From Thermoplasmatota archaeon (lineage in GTDB: Archaea > Thermoplasmatota > Penumbrarchaeia > JASLWR01), in assembly GCA_030740765.1 (NCBI GenBank), contig JASLWR010000026.1:17222-37221 (forward strand): DNA of 20,000 nt, read 5' to 3'. Positions within the stretch are counted from its first letter, which is position 1. Each line of letters starts with the position of its first letter. Below, one piece after another: positions 1 to 7,014 of this stretch. The notes beneath the pieces were generated by a model. It worked only from the letters and a program-made list of their open reading frames with translations, did not search any database and was not told the DNA's origin. Both the position numbers and the translations under genes were made by a program.

Positions 1-447
1 ACCGATGACTCCGAAATTTTTATGCTTACTTATCGACTCGGCCATTTCCACCAGGGTCTCAACGTCCGTGAAGCGGAAGTCCAGGTTTGTCATACCTTCA
101 AGGTGCGGAGTGTGGACCTCGAAGCCGCATATAGCCAGGTTGTTGGCAAAATGTACAAGCCTAGGATCGTTGTAACCCTTGGGGGATAATCCATGTAGGA
201 CTATCAATGGGTACGAGTCCTTCCCCCTCATATAGCATCGGCTCTTTTTACTTCCCTTACTATTGACATCCCCTACCCGGACTTTGCTGCATAGGACTTT
301 TCCAAGACCGGCGTGAAGCGACAGCATGTAACCTGTAAGAAGTGCGGATTTTATTCGTTCTCCGGGTTTTTTGGATTGCTGGATTTGTCCATCTCCTTGA
401 GCGCTTCGTTCTATCATATCCCTGATTGGTGATATAAATTTTTTCAC
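1..447 (-). CDS. alpha/beta-hydrolase-like protein, N-terminal part (runs off the left edge)
   Basis: Not in the ORF track. Reverse complement is open from a GTG at 447 to position 1 and reads MKKFISPIRDMIERSAQGDGQIQQSKKPGERIKSALLTGYMLSLHAGLGKV...RGKDSYPLIVLHGLSPKGYNDPRLVHFANNLAICGFEVHTPHLEGMTNLDF. The 'PLIVLHG...DPRLVHFANNLAxxGFEVxxPxL' pattern resembles the N-terminus of an alpha/beta hydrolase. ATG at 327 is an alternative start. Confidence 0.55.
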   Translation of the reverse strand, partial: MKKFISPIRDMIERSAQGDGQIQQSKKPGERIKSALLTGYMLSLHAGLGKVLCSKVRVGDVNSKGSKKSRCYMRGKDSYPLIVLHGLSPKGYNDPRLVHFANNLAICGFEVHTPHLEGMTNLDFRFTDVETLVEMAESISKHKNFGVIG

Positions 448-580
448 ATGAAATTTGTTCGTTAACAGATTATTAAAGATCCAGATAGCATGTCTGTGGG
501 GAGATTCTTACGGATGGAAAATGACCTATACAATCTTTTAAGCAACGAAAACATAAATCTGTGAAGTCAATTAATGGTGT

Positions 581-597
581 AATTATATATATAAGAT
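581..597 (+). promoter_or_regulatory. TATA-box-like element upstream of the ABC permease
   Basis: aattatatatataagat lies about 25 nt upstream of the ATG at 613, a spacing consistent with a leaderless archaeal transcript. Confidence 0.5.
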
Positions 598-612
598 AGT
601 CACGGGGACGCC

Positions 613-3537
613 ATGAACATGTTTCAAATAATTATCGCACTGGCAATAGCATTGTCCGTAAGCGTCGGACTTCTGGCCTTGAAGCACAGGGTAATATGTA
701 AGCTTGCCCTCCGCAATATAAACAGGCGGAGAAAGACCTCCATTCTCATTATTATGGGTCTTATGATAGGGACGGCACTTATCTCGAGCTCCATGGTGAT
801 CCAGGATACAATGTATTACACCTTTAGAAAGGTGGCATATGACCATCTCGGTGAGATAGATGAAACTATTACCAGTACCGACTCCAACGGAACATATCTA
901 TTTTTCGACTATTCGGTGTACGAGATAGTTTCCAAGGAACTAAAAAGGGGCGATCATGGCAATATTGATGGTATCGCACCACAGATACAACTTTTATTAC
1001 CTGTATACGATGTCAACAGAGATCTTGCGGAACCGAATGCCTTGATCGTGGGATTCAATGCCACCATCGAGAGGGATTTCGGAACTGAGGAAAACTCATT
1101 TCAAACCTCACGGGGGGGAAAAATTGACGGAAGCGGGCTCAATGAAAATGAAATAATCATGAACGAATTGTGTGCGGAAGAACTGGAGGCACAAACGAAT
1201 GACAAGATCATCATATATTATGGCCAGATCGAACTAAACTTTACCATAAGAAATATCGTAGAGAACACCGGCTTAGCCAATTTCAATGAAAAACCCATGA
1301 TATTCTTGAGGCTTGATACACTTCAGGACCGCCTGGAACTTGGAAACAAGATAAATTTCATCAAAATATCGAATCGAGGCGGTGTGGAAGACGGAAATAC
1401 TTACAGTGAAAATGTCCGGGAAGAACTTCTTACGGTAATCGAGCTAAAAACCAATAGCACTGTGGAACTTGAAGTCGAATTGGCAAAACAGAATGCACTG
1501 GACAAGGCCAGGGAGATCAGCGAATTCATGGGAGATGTGTTCACAATAATGGGCGCCTTCGTGGTGGTTGCGGGGCTTGTACTGGTAATATTGATCTTCG
1601 TAATGTTGGCGGAAGAGAGACGGACCGAGATGGGGATCGCGAGAGCAATAGGGATGAGCAGAAATAAATTGATGTTTTCTTTCCTGTTCGAGGGTTTCAT
1701 CTACTCAATCATCGCCGTTATTATCGGTTCCGTTGCAGGGTTGGCCATCAGCTATATTATATTGTATCTATTGGAAATGAGAGCCGAAATGATATTCTAT
1801 TTCGAGAACTCGAGCATACTGCTATCCATGGGCCTGGGCCTTGTGAGCACAGTCCTTATGATAATACTTTCTTCGTGGATGATATCAAAAATAAATATCG
1901 TGAGGGCCGTAAGGAAGATCCCGGAACCGATGAAACGTGGTCAAAAGCGAATTTTATTACCTATCAGCCTTCTACTGATCGTGACAGGAATAATTCTAAC
2001 GGTAATAGGCATCATCCGGCACTTGGACACAGATGTTCATTCCGATCTGATATTGGTCTGGGGTCCGGTTGTGGCTGCGCTGGGAATTACCTGTAGTCTT
2101 TTCATTTATCTCTCACCCCGGCTGCTTTTTTCTCTTGTGGGAATTACGATGGTCTTCTGGGCGTTGAATCCCTTTATGGTATACAAGGGCACCGGCCCCG
2201 AGATGTTCATCAGTTCGGGATTGGTACTTGTACCCGGGGGTGTTTTGCTGTTTGTTTTCAATTCGGATTTTTTTCTCTCCGGACTCTCTCGATTGTTCGG
2301 GATGGGTAAAAAAAGGAAGAACCTGCCTGCAATTAGGATAGGAATATCCTATCCCATGAAGAAACGTTTTCGGACTGGAATGATATTGATAATATTCACA
2401 ATGGTCATATTTGCCACCTCCGTGGAGGCCATATTCACTCACCTGGAGATTGAAAGTGTCAGGAGGGCCCCTGAAAAACAGGCTGGCGGTTATGATCTGG
2501 TATGTACAATTAACCCCTTGAGTCCAATAAATAATCTATCGGAAAGGTTGGGAAATTCCGAAAAAATCGATATGACGAACTTCAATGAATTTACGCCCAT
2601 CACCACGATAAATACAATGGTGCGTAAGCATGATGGAGACGGAGATACAATTTACGTGCCCTATCCGATCCTGGGTTTCGGCAAGGATTTTATAGAGAAC
2701 AACAGCTATACCTTTCTTGAACATGATCCGCGATACGAAAAACCAAAGGATGTTTGGAAAGCAGTAGGATCCGATGCCTCTCTCGCCGTCATCGACAGAA
2801 GCGTCGCCGAGGTGGAATGGGACCCCTTTTTCGGACCCTTCACAGCGGGAATAGGTGACATAATTTCCGTTCTTACCCGCAACGGTAATTACACAAACGT
2901 GACCCTGATCGGGATACTCGATTTGTTCATGGTACCCGGGAGCCTTGGGATCTATATATCACAGGATTTTGTTAGATCTAATTTTGGATATGTGAATGAG
3001 AACATGTATCTGGTGGACCTTGCTGAAGGTGCGGATGTCAAGGAACAATCAAGATTACTGGAACGGGAATTCATGCTCAATGGCATGGAAGCGAAAGTAA
3101 TCATGGATGACGTGAATATGATGCTCAATGCTGAAAAGTCCATAGTGACGTTGATGCAGGGCTATATGGCCGTTGGCCTAGTGGTGGGGATCGCTGGATT
3201 GGGAATAATCACCATTCGGTCGGTGGTGGAGAGAAGAAGAGAGATAGGCATAGTAAGATCCATCGGCTTCACGCGGAAAATGGTTATAAAATCATTTCTG
3301 ATAGAGAATATATTCGTGGTCGGGGTATCCTGCATATTGGGTATCGTCATGGCTATTGGCATCGGCTACAAGGTCTATCTCAAGATGTTCTTGGGAGATG
3401 TACCGTTTCTGTTACCGTGGCTCACGTTTCTTGTTTTTTCCATAATAGCATTATTTGGAACGACTATCACCAGCATTCCGCCGGGTAGGAAAGCAGCAAG
3501 TATCCCACCGGCCGAGGCAACACGATACTTGGAGTAA
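613..3537 (+). CDS. ABC transporter permease, FtsX/MacB-like, 974 aa
   Basis: N-terminal TM helix, large extracytoplasmic segments, FtsX-type signatures (RRTEMGIARAIGMSRNKLMFSFLFEGFIYSI and RRREIGIVRSIGFTRKMVIKSFLIEN) and multiple TM clusters. Confidence 0.85.
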   Translation: MNMFQIIIALAIALSVSVGLLALKHRVICKLALRNINRRRKTSILIIMGLMIGTALISSSMVIQDTMYYTFRKVAYDHLGEIDETITSTDSNGTYLFFDYSVYEIVSKELKRGDHGNIDGIAPQIQLLLPVYDVNRDLAEPNALIVGFNATIERDFGTEENSFQTSRGGKIDGSGLNENEIIMNELCAEELEAQTNDKIIIYYGQIELNFTIRNIVENTGLANFNEKPMIFLRLDTLQDRLELGNKINFIKISNRGGVEDGNTYSENVREELLTVIELKTNSTVELEVELAKQNALDKAREISEFMGDVFTIMGAFVVVAGLVLVILIFVMLAEERRTEMGIARAIGMSRNKLMFSFLFEGFIYSIIAVIIGSVAGLAISYIILYLLEMRAEMIFYFENSSILLSMGLGLVSTVLMIILSSWMISKINIVRAVRKIPEPMKRGQKRILLPISLLLIVTGIILTVIGIIRHLDTDVHSDLILVWGPVVAALGITCSLFIYLSPRLLFSLVGITMVFWALNPFMVYKGTGPEMFISSGLVLVPGGVLLFVFNSDFFLSGLSRLFGMGKKRKNLPAIRIGISYPMKKRFRTGMILIIFTMVIFATSVEAIFTHLEIESVRRAPEKQAGGYDLVCTINPLSPINNLSERLGNSEKIDMTNFNEFTPITTINTMVRKHDGDGDTIYVPYPILGFGKDFIENNSYTFLEHDPRYEKPKDVWKAVGSDASLAVIDRSVAEVEWDPFFGPFTAGIGDIISVLTRNGNYTNVTLIGILDLFMVPGSLGIYISQDFVRSNFGYVNENMYLVDLAEGADVKEQSRLLEREFMLNGMEAKVIMDDVNMMLNAEKSIVTLMQGYMAVGLVVGIAGLGIITIRSVVERRREIGIVRSIGFTRKMVIKSFLIENIFVVGVSCILGIVMAIGIGYKVYLKMFLGDVPFLLPWLTFLVFSIIALFGTTITSIPPGRKAASIPPAEATRYLE

Positions 3538-3559
3538 ACATACATTCACATATGTAAAG

Positions 3560-3586
3560 TTCCATTCATATGATGGAATATATAAC
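3560..3586 (+). promoter_or_regulatory. Palindrome TTCCAT-N7-ATGGAA abutting a TATA-like element AATATATAA
   Basis: Perfect 6-bp arms at 3560-3565 and 3573-3578, running directly into aatatataa upstream of the secreted-protein gene. Confidence 0.4.
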
Positions 3587-3617
3587 GACAAGGAAATATT
3601 TCACTACTTAATGACTC

Positions 3618-3647
3618 CCGTTCTCGCATTTTATGAAACGAGAGCGG
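3618..3647 (+). repeat. Inverted repeat / hairpin (9-bp stem, one G.U)
   Basis: CCGTTCTCG (3618-3626) and CGAGAGCGG (3639-3647), just upstream of the secreted-protein start. Confidence 0.5.
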
Positions 3648-3670
3648 ATTGATCAAGAATTAAGGTGAAA

Positions 3671-4303
3671 ATGATGACAAAAGGAACAAAAATAGGGATT
3701 AGCATGATGCTTATTTTCATGCTAATATGTGTACTTGTACCATCAATTGCATATGCGTCTGAGGAAGGAAGTGTAACCGAAACATTCTCATCAACATCGG
3801 AGGTTACTGCTGTAGCCACCATCAAGTTATCTGGTGAAGATGCTTCTGATTTCCGATATGGAATCAATTATTTCAGTGGAAGTAACGATACAGAGGTTAC
3901 TTCATCGGAGGTAGATGAATTTGAGGATGAAATGGAGGAAGACCTAGCGGCAAAAGAAAGTGACTACACCCTTGACGGAAACCGTGGAACTTATACAAAT
4001 ATCATTGTTTCAATAACAGGTGCTGCTGGTTGGGTGAAAAGCACTGATGAGATTACTATAGAGGGACAGACAAAGATTACGTTCAGTTCAATCAATAATG
4101 AAGCTGATTCCCACTCGTACAAGGTTTTCATGGAAGAAGATGAAACCGGAAGTGATTATGAACTAACGGTTCCCAGTGGATATAAAATAGATACTATTAA
4201 GGGATTAAGCAATCCTGTTAAATCCAATGGAGACAAGACAGTTAAAGGTATAACAACAGAAGATAATATCGAAATTAACGATGTGGAAAGACACATTACT
4301 TGA
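3671..4303 (+). CDS. Secreted protein of unknown function with signal peptide (about 210 aa)
   Basis: ORF-track start is GTG 3665; ATG 3671 or 3674 are better spaced from aaggtg. Signal peptide GTKIGISMMLIFMLICVLVPSIAYAS, then an acidic, beta-rich-looking ectodomain. No obvious C-terminal TM. Confidence 0.65.
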   Translation: MMTKGTKIGISMMLIFMLICVLVPSIAYASEEGSVTETFSSTSEVTAVATIKLSGEDASDFRYGINYFSGSNDTEVTSSEVDEFEDEMEEDLAAKESDYTLDGNRGTYTNIIVSITGAAGWVKSTDEITIEGQTKITFSSINNEADSHSYKVFMEEDETGSDYELTVPSGYKIDTIKGLSNPVKSNGDKTVKGITTEDNIEINDVERHIT

Positions 4304-5397
4304 TATACAGTCACATAAAGAAGCTCCGCAATTTCGGTCTGATCAGAACCAAAATCGTCAGGGGGAAACATCATTTTTATACGAAAGGAGATCATTTATT
4401 ATTTCATGGTCACAGACATCTCGACAATGAGGAATTGAGGGAACGATATCAGGAAATAAAAAGGTTACAATTCCGGATGAATGGTTATCGGGTTCGAGAA
4501 AAGAACCAGTGGGAGATCGCGGCACAAAACAGGGCAATTCTACTAAACTATGTCACGAAAAATCCTGGGCTTCATTTTCGAGAAATTGGCCGCCATCTCA
4601 ATCTGTCGATTCGTCAGATGAGAAGTGCCATATCATCTCTTGAAAACGAGAAAGAGATATTCTCCGAGTATGTTGGACGATATAAATTATTATTTCCCAT
4701 GTCCATAAAAGGAGAATGGAAACCAATATTTCTAAATCCCAAGACGCGAGAGATTGCGGAGATCATCAAGAATAATCCCGGGATTACCAGCCAGGATATC
4801 GCCAAGAAGAGGGAGCTGAAGAGGTCAACAATCCTATACCATACAGGAAAGCTCATAGAGGCGGAGATCATCAAGGTAAAAGTGAGAAAAGGGAGGCATT
4901 ACTATTACTGGACAGGAAAGGAGTATCTGGAAACACACGAAAATCCTCCTTTGAACGGGGAACGGGTGAAAGAGTGTGAGGGTAGAGGAAGGCCATATGA
5001 AAAAAAGAATCACCCTTCTCGGATTATTAAATTCATTATGGAAAACCCTGGAGCTCACTTTAGCGAAATCAAGCGTTGTCTTGGAATTTCCACAGGCAGT
5101 TTGTCCAATACAATCAAGAAACTCGAAAGTAATAAAGAGATCGTATCAAGGAATATTGGTGGCTGGAAACGGGTTTATCCATCAACAATGAAAGAAATCC
5201 CTATATCCCCACTTACTCCCCCTGCAAAAAAGGTTTATGATTCAATAGATAAAGAACTTGGAAGTTCTTGTCAGGATCTGGCGGAGAAGTTGGGTTTTAC
5301 TCGTCAGAATATCAGATACCATACACAGAATTTAGAAAAGAGGGATTATATTAGAACAGGGCGGGATGGACGAAAGTTGATCTTCTTTATTAATTAG
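4300..5397 (+). CDS. Multi-winged-helix DNA-binding protein (two tandem A-B wHTH pairs plus an N-terminal remnant)
   Basis: Repeated wHTH motifs: NPGLHFREIGRHLNLSIRQMRSAISSLE; NNPGITSQDIAKKRELKRSTILYHTGKL; NPGAHFSEIKRCLGISTGSLSNTIKKLE; GSSCQDLAEKLGFTRQNIRYHTQNLE. Start TTG at 4300 overlaps the TGA of the upstream ORF. Confidence 0.75.
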   Translation: MIYSHIKKLRNFGLIRTKIVRGKHHFYTKGDHLLFHGHRHLDNEELRERYQEIKRLQFRMNGYRVREKNQWEIAAQNRAILLNYVTKNPGLHFREIGRHLNLSIRQMRSAISSLENEKEIFSEYVGRYKLLFPMSIKGEWKPIFLNPKTREIAEIIKNNPGITSQDIAKKRELKRSTILYHTGKLIEAEIIKVKVRKGRHYYYWTGKEYLETHENPPLNGERVKECEGRGRPYEKKNHPSRIIKFIMENPGAHFSEIKRCLGISTGSLSNTIKKLESNKEIVSRNIGGWKRVYPSTMKEIPISPLTPPAKKVYDSIDKELGSSCQDLAEKLGFTRQNIRYHTQNLEKRDYIRTGRDGRKLIFFIN

Positions 5398-5413
5398 TTA
5401 TTTCGAGGTAAGA

Positions 5414-5584
5414 ATGCATGAAATGAACAACCCACATTTACCCGCTTCACTACGCAATACTTACGGCATTGCTGCTCCTTCGCCAAGTGTGGCTACAGGA
5501 GCATTCATCCCCCGTTTAAAACGGGTGTATCCGGAAGGACTGTTGAACGATCGATACGATCCCTCCGAAGTTATGGAATGGTGA
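5414..5584 (+). CDS. Small ORF (56 aa) overlapping the start of the next ORF; possible frameshifted N-terminus
   Basis: Hand translation: MHEMNNPHLPASLRNTYGIAAPSPSVATGAFIPRLKRVYPEGLLNDRYDPSEVMEW*, ending inside the ATG region of the 5578 ORF. Confidence 0.3.
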   Translation: MHEMNNPHLPASLRNTYGIAAPSPSVATGAFIPRLKRVYPEGLLNDRYDPSEVMEW

Positions 5585-6132
5585 GAAAGGAGAAAGGTTC
5601 TTACCTGTTAAATGACCAACACATAGAGGTGTATGTGTTCATAGGAGAATTTCAAGCCCATATGAATATGAAAATGGCGAGAGAAAGCGATCCTTGTGCA
5701 ATCGTCATCTGGGAAAATCTCGATGAATTCATCATGGAGACCCCAAACCCGGTAATTAAAAATAAATTTTATGCCACCGGCCATAGATTACTTGGTCAGT
5801 ATGGCATACCTTTGATAACAGATAATCAATTTCATTATTTCCACTCACCGTATAAAAATGATCTGCGTCTGGAAGATTTGTGTCTCCATGTATTTACTAT
5901 CAATCCTTTGAGTATCAGAGCGATCATTTATGTTTCATTGGCAATTATAAAAAATAAAAGCAAGTGGGATTGGAAGTATCTGGAATTCGAATCTCGAACG
6001 TATCAATTGGATGATATGGCAAGAAGGCTGAGAATATATATCGAAAGTAAAGGGAAGGTAAGATCCAGGGGATTTCCATCCTGGAACGAATTGAAAGATA
6101 AGGCCGAAGGATATGATATTTATGAAATATAG
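5578..6132 (+). CDS. Hypothetical protein (184 aa) immediately upstream of the nucleotidyltransferase remnant
   Basis: Open reading frame of 184 aa that overlaps the start of the downstream nucleotidyltransferase ORF (6113), suggesting an operon pair. Confidence 0.5.
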   Translation: MVRKEKGSYLLNDQHIEVYVFIGEFQAHMNMKMARESDPCAIVIWENLDEFIMETPNPVIKNKFYATGHRLLGQYGIPLITDNQFHYFHSPYKNDLRLEDLCLHVFTINPLSIRAIIYVSLAIIKNKSKWDWKYLEFESRTYQLDDMARRLRIYIESKGKVRSRGFPSWNELKDKAEGYDIYEI

Positions 6133-6977
6133 ACGATTTGATCTGTCATATATAGATGCTGAACTGAAAAAGATCGGAAAGTGGATGCCGGAATCGGTCG
6201 AAATCATACTGATCGGCGGAGCAAATATGATCTATAGAGGTTTAAAGGCCGCCACGAAAGATGTCGATATTGTGGTTGCAAGATCAAACGACCTGAACAC
6301 TTTATCAAGAACCCTGAAGGATATGGGTTATATCGAAATAATTGAATTACCCGAGGATTATCAAAAACTAGGCACTTCTTTCATAAATGCGTAATTCCGA
6401 TGGTTTTCAGTGTGATGTATTTTATCGTCAGGTATGCCAAGGTTTGGTCCTGACCCCAAGGATTTTAGGAAGAGCGGAACGATATGGCCGTTTTGGCAAT
6501 CTATCAATATCCCTGATGTCTCCCGAGGACTTGTTTCTATTTAAAAGTATAACTGAACGTGAGTTGGACCTTGACGACATGAGAATCCTTGTTGAGAGCG
6601 GTGTGAACTGGGACGTAATATTCCATGAGTGCCAGAAACAAAGTGGATACAAAATATGAGAAGCATTTTTATCGGTAAAACTTGAAGAGCTCCAAGAAAA
6701 GTATGGTATTCAAGCACCCATATTCCAAAAATTACGCCGATTAACCGAGCATAGGCTCATCAAAGAGGCAATAATATCGTTCATAGAGGATGGAAAAACA
6801 TATAGGGGCATTTCCGAATATATCCAAATAAAATGTGGCTGCTCGGATTCCTGGATCCGAAAGCACATTTCTTTGATGCAGAAAGAAGGATTACTCAAGC
6901 AGGAGAGGGGGGGGACATATTTGTACTATAAAAAAATTGAGATTGAAAAAGTCCCAGCAAAAAAAGAAAAGATTTAA
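6113..6977 (+). pseudogene. Nucleotidyltransferase (MNT/DUF6036-like) with C-terminal winged helix, disrupted by a frameshift and an in-frame stop
   Basis: Fragment 1 (6113-6394) has the nucleotidyltransferase signature VEIILIGGANMIYRGLKAATKDVDIVV. Fragment 2 (6387-6659) has MSPEDLFLFKSITERELDLDDM. After TGA 6657-6659 the same frame continues EAFLSVKLEELQEKYGIQAPIFQKLRRLTEHRLIKEAIISFIEDGKTYRGISEYIQIKCGCSDSWIRKHISLMQKEGLLKQERGGTYLYYKKIEIEKVPAKKEKI* to 6977. Confidence 0.7.
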
Positions 6978-7014
6978 GGGATAGAGTCATTCACCCCGAA
7001 ACGAGGAAACACCC

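Noticed and set aside
1401-3362. Antisense and out-of-frame ORFs within the ABC permease
   Set aside because: Hydrophobic shadow frames of TM-encoding DNA; the permease reading is clearly preferred.
5511-5525. Perfect palindrome CCCGTTTAAAACGGG
   Set aside because: A single short palindrome inside a possible coding segment, with a centre too small for a hairpin; no second copy or promoter context was seen.
6657-6659. TGA read as tryptophan (recoded genetic code)
   Set aside because: Several intact genes here (CoA ligase, queC, secreted protein) terminate at TGA and use TGG for Trp. A nonsense mutation or sequencing error is the simpler explanation.
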